This document shows, in pieces, positions 8,897 through 17,060 of a stretch of DNA of 64,000 nucleotides. Made by a program: the position numbers and the translations under genes. Numbering within the stretch: the stretch's first letter is position 1; each line of letters starts with the position of its first letter. Source of the stretch: a virus; the IMG/VR virus record IMGVR_UViG_3300045988_174992. One strand, given 5' to 3'. The notes under the pieces were generated by a model that was not told the origin of the DNA, made no database searches, and was given only the letters and a program-made list of their open reading frames with translations.

Positions 8897-10225
8897 TTAT
8901 TTTAGATATTTTAATTCTTTCAAATACTTTGTACAAATTGCATTTCCATAAAGATAAGCAATTACACTCTTCATTGGATCATTTATGATATATGAAGTCA
9001 ATTTCATCCAAATAATACCAACGATAATCTTTATATTTGTATCAATTGGCATATCATCCAAATCAATTTGTGTAATTGAAGAAAAATCACCGGATGGATA
9101 TTTCAATTTAAGATTCATACCATCAGAATAATCAATTTCTTCAATTGTAACATAAGGAGCACTATTGAATCTTGAATATCCATTAAGTCCATAGCAGAAT
9201 TTTGCAATATCATATTCTGCCATTCCTAATCCAATTGTCTTAAGGTTTCCAAAATATCCACGTGGATCAATAAAGATTACATTACCATCTTTATCAATCA
9301 TTGTATTATCTGTATTTGGATCACCGTGACAAAGGCATGCATTGAAATTGACTTCATTATTCTCATACCATTTCTTTAATGCATCCATCAATACATTAAA
9401 ATGTGTTGTAATTGGCATGTAATCAATACATCTTACTTCAGTTTCCTCAATGAAATAATCAATCAGTTTCTTACATGGATTTACTCTAGTATATACTTTT
9501 CCAATTAATTCATTATAGAATGCTCTTCTGATATCTTCATCTTCATCATCTACATCTATATCAACATCATTAATAGTATGTAAAGCTTTGATTACATTAG
9601 AAATCAATTTCTTAAAATCTCCATTTTTGTAATACCATTCTTGTGCTGTTACTCCATCGATTTTATTCAAAATCAATTCATGTTTGTTTTCATCATATCC
9701 TTGTTTTCCACACAAACATGGTATATTGCTATATCTGTCATAGAAATCATTTTCAATCTTTTGTAATTTGATAGCATCTTCTGTTTTTGCAATCTTAATT
9801 ACTTTATCATCTTCAATTTTAATCTGATTGAAATATCTGCATGTATTTTTAGTTGACAAATCCCTAAGATATTTCTTTTGGTCAAATTCATCTCTAATAC
9901 CTCTATCCCAACATTCAATAGAAAAAGTTTTTGTCAAATCACCCATCCTATCAATTTCAGAAATTACATGTACTCTATCATAATATTCTCTATTATGGCA
10001 AAGAAATGAATTTAACAACTCAGCATATTCATGAAATGCCTCATAAACATAAATATCACCATCATATTTATCAAGCAACTCATCAATTTTTCTTTCAATT
10101 ATAGTTTTTTCTCCATCTGTAACCAAGTAAAATGGAAAAACCAACTCTAAATTAAGCTCCATATAATGGCTTTCTGGATAATGTGACTGAACAACAAATA
10201 AACAATTCTTTTTCATTTTCATCAA
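8897..10225 (-). CDS. Protein-kinase-like (APH / choline-kinase fold) small-molecule kinase, substrate unknown
   Basis: 442 aa. CLCHGDPNTDNTMI gives the HGDxxxxN catalytic loop. VIFIDPRGYFG supplies the metal-binding Asp. There is an extra N-terminal region of about 130 aa. Confidence 0.6.
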   Translation of the reverse strand: MMKMKKNCLFVVQSHYPESHYMELNLELVFPFYLVTDGEKTIIERKIDELLDKYDGDIYVYEAFHEYAELLNSFLCHNREYYDRVHVISEIDRMGDLTKTFSIECWDRGIRDEFDQKKYLRDLSTKNTCRYFNQIKIEDDKVIKIAKTEDAIKLQKIENDFYDRYSNIPCLCGKQGYDENKHELILNKIDGVTAQEWYYKNGDFKKLISNVIKALHTINDVDIDVDDEDEDIRRAFYNELIGKVYTRVNPCKKLIDYFIEETEVRCIDYMPITTHFNVLMDALKKWYENNEVNFNACLCHGDPNTDNTMIDKDGNVIFIDPRGYFGNLKTIGLGMAEYDIAKFCYGLNGYSRFNSAPYVTIEEIDYSDGMNLKLKYPSGDFSSITQIDLDDMPIDTNIKIIVGIIWMKLTSYIINDPMKSVIAYLYGNAICTKYLKELKYLK

Positions 10226-10248
10226 TTTTAAATCAATACTAATATAGA

Positions 10249-10902
10249 CTAGTTTCTTAAGGTATTCAAAAGATTAGTGACTTTTGATTGTAATGTTCCG
10301 GATGGATGACTCTTTTGTAATCTTTCACACATTTTTACTATGCCAAGCTCTTCTGATTTGAATGCACCAGATATAGCTGTGGACATTACTGCTTCAAATA
10401 TTATGTTTGATGTAGCCGGTACAATCCCAAATCCATCCAACTCTCCTGGATCTGTTTTTATATGACAGATGAAATCAATATCTTTGCATGACCTTACTTT
10501 ATTCAATTGCATTTCATTTGACATGCAAATCATTACAACTTTGCATTTTGGACGCAATTGTTTCATGTATTTAAACAACACATAAAGTTCATTTGAACAC
10601 CCGGATTTTGACATGGCGATCAACAAAGATGGTTTGTCAACTGAAATAGGTCCTAAATCCCCATGTCCTGCTAAGCATGCATCTATGAATTGTCCATCAA
10701 CCATTATTGATTTCAATGTAGCAGCATTCTTTTGTGCTATATATCCTGGCTTACCTATTCCTGTAATATATATTGTTTGATTGTCTAATATAGCTTCTTT
10801 AATCATATCAGAAAGAATGTTTATGTTTTTCATGGACCCAACGTCATTCCTCATTGTATTTAATGAAGCCAAGCAATCATTTATGAAATCGAAATTTATC
10901 AT
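10249..10902 (-). CDS. Single-SIS-domain sugar-phosphate isomerase, KdsD/GutQ-like (arabinose-5-phosphate isomerase type)
   Basis: 217 aa. ITGIGKPGYIAQKNAATLKS, AGHGDLGPI, SKSGCSNE and SHPSGTLQSK line up with the KdsD motifs GMGKSGHIGRKMAATFAS, AAHGDLGM, SNSGES and SHPGGALGRK. No CBS domains. Confidence 0.7.
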   Translation of the reverse strand: MINFDFINDCLASLNTMRNDVGSMKNINILSDMIKEAILDNQTIYITGIGKPGYIAQKNAATLKSIMVDGQFIDACLAGHGDLGPISVDKPSLLIAMSKSGCSNELYVLFKYMKQLRPKCKVVMICMSNEMQLNKVRSCKDIDFICHIKTDPGELDGFGIVPATSNIIFEAVMSTAISGAFKSEELGIVKMCERLQKSHPSGTLQSKVTNLLNTLRN

Positions 10903-11018
10903 AAAATTATTTTATTTTTAAACAACTAAGAATTAAATATTGTACTTTAATAAAATAGAAATTAAGTGTTTCGGTTTCATCCGAACCTATTCATAAATAA
11001 ATTATACCAAAAACTAAA

Positions 11019-12299
11019 ATGAATCTAAATTTGATTAAAGGCCTTCAATTTGCTGAAAAGCTCAACATGACAGAGGCTATTACCGAGTCGGGTAAGGAAT
11101 TCTTGAAATCTTATCGTGGCTATCTTTACACAAATCCAGCAAGCTATGGCCTTGTCAATGGTTTCATATCTGAAGCATGCAACCATAAGTATGACAATGG
11201 CATTGCTTCTATTTTAGAGTCAGTTCTGAAGTATGTAACAGAAAACAAGATAAGTTGGAAGATTGCAAGTGCATGTGAGATCATTGAAAACTCTAATGAT
11301 CCTTATGGTTATATTGCTAAGGAAGGTTGCAAGACAGCAGAAAAGCTTCTTGAAATGAATGAACCAGAAGTAGTACAGTATATTAAGGCTGGAGCACTAA
11401 AATCTATCCAGTACATTCCAGAATTCAGAAACATTTGTAAAGAGGTATATGGTACAATGCATGTTGATGAAGTACGTACACAACAATATTCACTCATCAA
11501 TCCATTGTCTTATGCCATTGTAAATGAAGATGAAACCTGGTTCTGTGTAAATGGTCTTACTTATTGTATTAAAGAAGGTAAAGTAGAAAATAAGATGTGT
11601 GAAGATCAAACTTTCAACACTATCAACTATCTTCTTCCTAACTTTGAAAAGGTAGATGAAAGTCTTGTGTTTACTTGGACTCCTAACTTTGGTGAAAAAC
11701 CATTTACTTTTGTTCTTGCTGAATCTGGTATTCAACTTAAGAAGGATGGTATTGTAGATGAATCATTCAACAATACAGTAGACTTTAAAGTTTATTGTGA
11801 CAATCTTTCTACTACAATGTTTGGTGTCACTAAGACTAACTTCATGAATATAGTAGCGAATGTTGCTACTGTACAAGAAGGTATGGACAACATTTGTGAA
11901 GTAGATAATGCCAAGATTCTTGAATGTGCAGATGGCAGCATTGCTACAATTGTAGAAGCTAAAGAAAATGTTGCACTGACTTGGAATCGTAGTGCACAAG
12001 TAAAGTGTAATGAATGCCAGAATTTTGAATACATGCATGAAGCATTGGATCAAATTAAGGCTTTGACTAACATCAATCTTCGTGAAAACTATCAAGCTCG
12101 TATTGATGAAGATTTGAAGAAAGAAGACCCAGATTCTTATGCTCAGATTCATGAACAACTGCAAGCAAATAAAGATGCAAAGATTGAATCTCGTCGTATG
12201 AAGATACAGCAACTTGCAGAATCTTATAAGAATGATCCTACAAAGATTGCTATTCTTTCTACATTAAGTAAAGAACTTGCAATGCTTGAAAACAAATAA
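11019..12299 (+). CDS. Hypothetical protein (426 aa), possibly abundant
   Basis: Noticeably more G/C-ending codons than its neighbours. Charged, helical C-terminus. A strong terminator follows. Function not recognised. Confidence 0.5.
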   Translation: MNLNLIKGLQFAEKLNMTEAITESGKEFLKSYRGYLYTNPASYGLVNGFISEACNHKYDNGIASILESVLKYVTENKISWKIASACEIIENSNDPYGYIAKEGCKTAEKLLEMNEPEVVQYIKAGALKSIQYIPEFRNICKEVYGTMHVDEVRTQQYSLINPLSYAIVNEDETWFCVNGLTYCIKEGKVENKMCEDQTFNTINYLLPNFEKVDESLVFTWTPNFGEKPFTFVLAESGIQLKKDGIVDESFNNTVDFKVYCDNLSTTMFGVTKTNFMNIVANVATVQEGMDNICEVDNAKILECADGSIATIVEAKENVALTWNRSAQVKCNECQNFEYMHEALDQIKALTNINLRENYQARIDEDLKKEDPDSYAQIHEQLQANKDAKIESRRMKIQQLAESYKNDPTKIAILSTLSKELAMLENK

Positions 12300-12316
12300 G
12301 ATATAAAATAATATAA

Positions 12317-12356
12317 AAGAAAAGAGAACTTTCAATTGAAGGTTCTCTTTTTTGTT
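12317..12356. terminator. Bidirectional intrinsic terminator between convergent genes
   Basis: AAAGAGAAC / GTTCTCTTT stem around a palindromic loop, with T-runs on both strands. Confidence 0.7.
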
Positions 12357-12382
12357 TTTCATAGCTTAAACTTAAATTGTGT

Positions 12383-12466
12383 CAGGGACGTTGAAATTGT
12401 CTTAGCTGATAGAATATACTGAAGCATATTTTTCCGCTCCCTGTGTGACCCAGGCGCCATCCTGGA
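12383..12466 (-). promoter_or_regulatory. Stop-proximal structured element, copy E1
   Basis: On the minus strand: P1 is TCCAGG-ATGGCG-CCTGGG (12466-12449), then GTCACA. P2 5' strand is CAGGGA (12443-12438), followed by GCGG. The inner region has only weak hairpins. P2 3' strand is TCCCTG (12388-12383). Confidence 0.55.
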
Positions 12467-12470
12467 GAAT

Positions 12471-12845
12471 TTATAGACAATCTCGTAAATCATTAAAGAA
12501 TTCTGTAACAAAAATACCTGCATCATCAAGATCATCCTTAAAAGAATATATGATAGAACGATTTGTCAATGCTGGATCATGTGAAACTAGATAAATAGGA
12601 CATTCCTTAATAGGATACATTTCTACTGTTCCATCTGTAAAACATACACCATAGATTCTTTCTGACTTATCACCTAACAAATTATATAGCTTTTGCAAAT
12701 CTTCTGGTGTAGTTATCTCAAAAATATCCTTTAGCAAATCAATCTTGATAGTAGTATTACGACTATGATAACCTGTACCATACCATAAAATTGCTTGCAA
12801 TACCAATTCTAGATTGAACTTATCTAATTCTGTACAATTCTTCAT
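12471..12845 (-). CDS. Hypothetical protein (124 aa)
   Basis: Clean ORF. Element E1 starts 4 nt after its stop. Confidence 0.5.
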   Translation of the reverse strand: MKNCTELDKFNLELVLQAILWYGTGYHSRNTTIKIDLLKDIFEITTPEDLQKLYNLLGDKSERIYGVCFTDGTVEMYPIKECPIYLVSHDPALTNRSIIYSFKDDLDDAGIFVTEFFNDLRDCL

Positions 12846-12865
12846 GTTCTATTTTTTAATTTACT

Positions 12866-13117
12866 TTATACAAAATAAAAATCTCTATATGTTACATCAT
12901 AAGTATTTCCATCTACCTTCAAATAGAATGACATTGAACCATCATTTACATAATCTGTATAGGTTTCACATCCTTCTAAAATACCAGTAACATCATTAGT
13001 AATGAACTCCTTGCCATTCCACTCTTCATTTACTTTCTTTATAGTAACTGCACGTCCAATGTTTGGATTTACTGCATCAGTGAAAATTTTTTCTACATTT
13101 AAAATATTCATAATCAT
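12866..13117 (-). CDS. Hypothetical protein, tandem-paralog A (83 aa), MIMN start
   Basis: Paralogous to the next gene (NPNIGRAVTIKK..W.GKEFI..DVTGILE.C.TY.D.V..G.MSFYLKV.G..YDVT.RDFYF). Early-type promoter at 13153-13180. Confidence 0.55.
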   Translation of the reverse strand: MIMNILNVEKIFTDAVNPNIGRAVTIKKVNEEWNGKEFITNDVTGILEGCETYTDYVNDGSMSFYLKVDGNTYDVTYRDFYFV

Positions 13118-13127
13118 AAAAAATTAA

Positions 13128-13166
13128 AGTTCTACATTCATTAACATTATGAATATAGAACTTTTA
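13128..13166 (-). terminator. Hairpin between the tandem paralogs (terminator/attenuator candidate)
   Basis: AAAGTTCTA / TAGAACTTT outer stem and ATTCAT / ATGAAT inner stem. On the minus strand it is followed by AATTTTTT. It overlaps the -7-like half of promoter motif 13153-13180. Confidence 0.45.
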
Positions 13167-13180
13167 TTATTTATTTCAAA
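13153..13180 (-). promoter_or_regulatory. Early-type promoter motif TTTGAAAT-N12-TTCTATAT
   Basis: Exact match on the minus strand, 35 nt upstream of ATG 13117. Confidence 0.55.
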
Positions 13181-13204
13181 TTATTTTGAATATTTTTGAA
13201 TTTA

Positions 13205-13447
13205 TTATATAGGAAAATAGAAATCTCTATCTGTTACATCATAAATATCTCCATTTACCTTCAAGTAAAATGACATTGGCCCTTTACCAACATGATCTTT
13301 ATAGGTGTTGCATTCCTCTAAAATACCAGTAACATCTTCATTATGAATAAACTCTTTACCAAACCATCCTTCTTTTGCATTTTTAATTGTAACAGTATGA
13401 CCAATGTTTGGTTTTACTAAAATATTGAAAATTTCTGTTATATTCAT
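13205..13447 (-). CDS. Hypothetical protein, tandem-paralog B (80 aa)
   Basis: Start moved to the internal ATG (MNITEIFNILVKPNIGHTVTIKN...). This removes the overlap with 13458..14483 and matches the length of paralog A. Confidence 0.55.
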   Translation of the reverse strand: MNITEIFNILVKPNIGHTVTIKNAKEGWFGKEFIHNEDVTGILEECNTYKDHVGKGPMSFYLKVNGDIYDVTDRDFYFPI

Positions 13448-13457
13448 ATCAAAATCT

Positions 13458-14483
13458 TTAGAAAAAATTATATCCTTGAATTTCTTTATATTTGTAATGT
13501 TGTTCATCATCAGAAGCTTTATGGCCAATTTCATATAGAAATAAAGAATTTTTATCCATGGATTTCCATTTGTCAATATCAATATAGCCCAAAACTGATC
13601 CTATAAAGATTGATGGATCTTTAGTGTATTCAAGCATTTCATTTGTCCATATTGTTTCTACAATATTCATCAAATGATCTGACTTTATTTTCTTATGCAA
13701 TTCAAGATAATGTTCTTTTTCCTTCTCTCTTTCTCGATACTTCTTGACAGTAATAGTTACAAAATCATTGTAGTTCAATCTAGAATCACCAAACTTACTT
13801 AATTTATGACCATTATCAAATTCAACATCAACACACTTATACCAAGCATGTGGCAATCCTCCAATATAGTCAATATATTTTCTACCTTCATTGATATTGT
13901 AAGTGTTGATCAGATTTCCAAACACAATATCATCACAAATTGTTTGATAAGCAAAATAAATACCATTCTTTATGATAGCTTTATCATATACTTCCTTACT
14001 TGTAAGAATTCCATTTCCTCTTGGGTATATGCAAAGTGGATAAGGACAACAAGCTTCAGATAGAGAATACAAATCAGAACCATAAGTGATTTTTGGATCA
14101 GCATGATTCAATGTGAAATCATTCAAAACTCTGATATTTATATAAGTACTTGTATTAGTTCTGAATATCCAATCTGGAGAATACTTGTCTGCAATAAACC
14201 TATATGCCATCCAAGTTTTCTTAAATGTATATTGCATATCATCTTCACAGGCAAGATGCAAATACCAAACATTTTCATGATCTTTATATTGATTGAATTC
14301 AGATTTCATATATGATCCACCATCATAATACACAATATTAACATTCTCTGGGAGCTCTTTAGCCCAGGTCTCTAAAGCAAGGTCAAACTCATCTTGGAAA
14401 GTGAATCCTTTACAAATTTCAGCATTAGCTCCCATCACTAATATGAATAATTTAGGAGCATATTTTAATTGATTTTCTGTCAT
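13458..14483 (-). CDS. Putative Fringe/GT31-like glycosyltransferase-fold protein
   Basis: 341 aa. KKTWMAYRFI...DWIFRTNTSTYINIRVL, PRGNGILTSKEV and CDDIVFGNL resemble the Fringe/GT31 pattern (KT..., W..k.DDDtyv, GGaG..lS, DD..lG). The DDD position reads TNTS. Confidence 0.35.
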   Translation of the reverse strand: MTENQLKYAPKLFILVMGANAEICKGFTFQDEFDLALETWAKELPENVNIVYYDGGSYMKSEFNQYKDHENVWYLHLACEDDMQYTFKKTWMAYRFIADKYSPDWIFRTNTSTYINIRVLNDFTLNHADPKITYGSDLYSLSEACCPYPLCIYPRGNGILTSKEVYDKAIIKNGIYFAYQTICDDIVFGNLINTYNINEGRKYIDYIGGLPHAWYKCVDVEFDNGHKLSKFGDSRLNYNDFVTITVKKYREREKEKEHYLELHKKIKSDHLMNIVETIWTNEMLEYTKDPSIFIGSVLGYIDIDKWKSMDKNSLFLYEIGHKASDDEQHYKYKEIQGYNFF

Positions 14484-14484
14484 A

Positions 14485-15168
14485 TTAAATATGATTTAGT
14501 TTTTCATCTTCTGCAGCATATTTTATTGCTAGTTTCTTAAACTTCTGAATATCTTCTTCTGTAAGTTTCTCATCTACATTGTGATTGTAGAAAAGATGAT
14601 TTCCCATCATTATCTTTGTATGCTTATGGCCCTTGATATCTCTTGTATAGAAATATCCATCTTCTTTCTTATCATAGAATTTCTTAGGATCCATGATAGC
14701 TTCTGCCGCCTCTATTGGGATAGGTAATGCACCACAACGTAATGCAAATGTTGCAGCTTTTGAAGAGAATTCACCCCATACATTTCTTTCCATTCTCTTG
14801 AAATCTTCTATCAATATCTTCTTCAGATATTCTGAATTTCCTTCTGATGCAGCTACTGCAACTAACTTTCTACCCCTATTCTTTGTTCTGTCATTCAAAT
14901 AAACATCTGAACCAGCATTAGGATGTCTCTTATCAGCATATAATGCAACAGCAACTATCTTACCTTCATTTCTGTATAACTTAGCAAAATCTGCTTTATT
15001 TACAATATCTTCTTTCTTCTCAATTCCAGAGCAACCACCAATATCTATATATCCATATTCTATAATTGCAAACATATCATCCCCATATTTATTAACCAAT
15101 TTAGATACTGATTCTTTATCTGTTCCTGTAATATAATGCTCTTCAATATACTGAGTTAATTTCTTCAT
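14485..15168 (-). CDS. Hypothetical protein (227 aa)
   Basis: Clean ORF with a 4-nt ATGA overlap with the upstream gene, suggesting translational coupling. No secure motif. Confidence 0.5.
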   Translation of the reverse strand: MKKLTQYIEEHYITGTDKESVSKLVNKYGDDMFAIIEYGYIDIGGCSGIEKKEDIVNKADFAKLYRNEGKIVAVALYADKRHPNAGSDVYLNDRTKNRGRKLVAVAASEGNSEYLKKILIEDFKRMERNVWGEFSSKAATFALRCGALPIPIEAAEAIMDPKKFYDKKEDGYFYTRDIKGHKHTKIMMGNHLFYNHNVDEKLTEEDIQKFKKLAIKYAAEDEKLNHI

Positions 15169-15809
15169 GGTATAACCATTGTATTTTTATAAAAATTGTT
15201 TGCTTTAGGAATAATTGTATTTATTAAATTATTATATGCTGGTAATATATATTTTGCCTTTTCATCATCATTTAACTGATGTTTACCATTAGGAACAATA
15301 TATTTAGTCAAAATATTTTTGTGAAACTCTGTAGGTAATACTTTTGTTCTCTTTATTACTTCATCATCATCACTCCATACCAATACAGAATAATATCCAT
15401 CTTCAGCATCATCCCACCGATAACCAGTCCAATATTCATCAGTTTCAAATAATGGATGATCTTCAGAATACTTTACAAGATTTTCTACAATATGACTATC
15501 ATGATTTGAAACATAATCCACAACCTGCTCTAATGTAGAATCAGTTATTGGGTTAATGAGAATGCTTGGTAATGAACAAATGCTTGCAACATGCATAGCA
15601 TACCACCCACCAAGACTTGATCCAATCACAATATCAATATCCAACTCTTCTACTAAAGAGCATAAATATGGAATAGAATTTTCTGGATCCGACTGAACAT
15701 ATCCAAAACTATATACAACCGTATTAGGTAGATTATTTTTCAACCATTTGCATGTACTAGATTTTGGTGAACTACCATAACCATAGATATATAATACTTT
15801 CTTTTTCAT
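15165..15809 (-). CDS. Alpha/beta-hydrolase, YqiA-like esterase
   Basis: 214 aa. VLYIYGYGSSPKS at the N-terminus and the nucleophile elbow GSSLGGWYA (GxSxG). Confidence 0.6.
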   Translation of the reverse strand: MKKKVLYIYGYGSSPKSSTCKWLKNNLPNTVVYSFGYVQSDPENSIPYLCSLVEELDIDIVIGSSLGGWYAMHVASICSLPSILINPITDSTLEQVVDYVSNHDSHIVENLVKYSEDHPLFETDEYWTGYRWDDAEDGYYSVLVWSDDDEVIKRTKVLPTEFHKNILTKYIVPNGKHQLNDDEKAKYILPAYNNLINTIIPKANNFYKNTMVIP

Positions 15810-15815
15810 ATTAAA

Positions 15816-16622
15816 TTAAAGTGACAATGAAGTGAATGGGTAAGGTTTGAATGATGTAACATATTCAATTTCTGTTGTTTTAAACACCTTATCAAGCATT
15901 CTGAAGTAAGGTACTCCAATTACTCTTGCACAAGCAGTTCTCTTATTGAACTTACCTTCAAATTTACCATCACAATATCCACCAATTCTTGACTTTCCAG
16001 TATCAACACACCAACATTTATTGTCTGCACCTAATCTAATCAATGAATAAGAACATTCAGCTTCTATCGTATTATTTACTTCATCAACATATAATGGCTG
16101 TACATAACACTCAGCTCTATGACATCTCTTTGGTTTATATCTGTCACCGTTCCAGTATCCATCGGGATAAGACCAAGTTGATGTATGTACTTTGAATATT
16201 CTTTTCTTATCTGCATCCCAATAGAATTCCCAGAATTGTTTTGGATTAATCCAATTGAATATCTTATCACTATCTTTATATTCATCAGTAACATCCGTCA
16301 AGACCATTTCATAAATCTTATCTATTGACTCCCAATGAACATCATCTTCTCTTGGATCATATTCACCTAATTCATTTAGTGAAATGATATGGTAAATTGG
16401 TTCAGGATCAGTAATGTTACAACCTTTCTTGAGAAATGGAGCAACTGCTGTAATAATGAATCTACCACTTCCACCTCCATACATAATAGAATTACACTCA
16501 TAGATATGGCCTACCTTCAAGAATTCTAATGGTTTCTGAAAATTCAAATAATTCTGATATTCTGTTTCAAGAATCTTATTTAACTTCGGTGAACTTTCTT
16601 TAATAAAAGACAAAAAATCCAT
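15816..16622 (-). CDS. Hypothetical protein (268 aa)
   Basis: Clean ORF. Early-type promoter motif at 16670-16697. Confidence 0.5.
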   Translation of the reverse strand: MDFLSFIKESSPKLNKILETEYQNYLNFQKPLEFLKVGHIYECNSIMYGGGSGRFIITAVAPFLKKGCNITDPEPIYHIISLNELGEYDPREDDVHWESIDKIYEMVLTDVTDEYKDSDKIFNWINPKQFWEFYWDADKKRIFKVHTSTWSYPDGYWNGDRYKPKRCHRAECYVQPLYVDEVNNTIEAECSYSLIRLGADNKCWCVDTGKSRIGGYCDGKFEGKFNKRTACARVIGVPYFRMLDKVFKTTEIEYVTSFKPYPFTSLSL

Positions 16623-16669
16623 ATTTATTCTGTTTTTAAATTCAACTTATGAAATAATTTACAAAATAA

Positions 16670-16697
16670 ATATAGATTTTTTATATGAAATTTCAAA
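16670..16697 (-). promoter_or_regulatory. Early-type promoter motif
   Basis: TTTGAAAT-N12-ATCTATAT (1 mismatch), upstream of 15816..16622. Confidence 0.5.
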
Positions 16698-16700
16698 CTT

Positions 16701-17053
16701 TCAAGCTATTTCTTTAGCAAAAGCTATAGCCATCTTCTTACAATCATCTAATGTTTTTGCTTCTAATGGACCATTCTCTTGCTTTAGTGTTTCATATCCA
16801 ACTTTACCAGGACCAGATTTAACCCCAATCTTAAATCCATATATAGCTCGATGGCTCCATCCATACCAAGCTTGTTCCTTTTCAGAAAATCCAATTTGAT
16901 TTACCTTAGAACTTGGACTTATCTTTTCTGGTACAATACCATGCTTATTGAAAACTTCTGCAATGGAGATTGTTCATCCCCTTCAACTACAATATCATTA
17001 AATATCATAGTTGCCTTCATTTCATTTAATTTTACAAGTGTTGTAAGTTTCAT
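16701..17053 (-). pseudogene. Small gene interrupted by a -1 frame change (pseudogene, sequencing error or programmed frameshift)
   Basis: ATG at 17053 opens MKLTTLVKLNEMKATMIFNDIVVEGDEQSPLQ..., which stops at 16921-16919. The -1 frame is open from 16973 to TGA 16703-16701 and encodes ...AEVFNKHGIVPEKISPSSKVNQIGFSEKEQAWYGWSHRAIYGFKIGVKSGPGKVGYETLKQENGPLEAKTLDDCKKMAIAFAKEIA. Total length is 353 nt, not a multiple of 3. It fills an otherwise empty gap between packed genes. Confidence 0.45.
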
Positions 17054-17060
17054 GAATATT

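Noticed and set aside
12383-12466. GC-rich element plus hairpin at gene 3' ends, considered as DGR target sites (IMH plus cruciform)
   Set aside because: The C-terminal coding regions upstream of E0-E3 share no repeat (no VR/TR pair). Differences between copies are transitions rather than adenine-specific substitutions. No reverse transcriptase is present in the window, and the upstream proteins do not look like C-type-lectin or Mtd-like proteins.
13205-13582. Long form of the paralog-B ORF (125 aa, start 13582)
   Set aside because: It would overlap the upstream gene by 125 nt. The internal ATG at 13447 gives a protein collinear with paralog A and a 10-nt intergenic gap.
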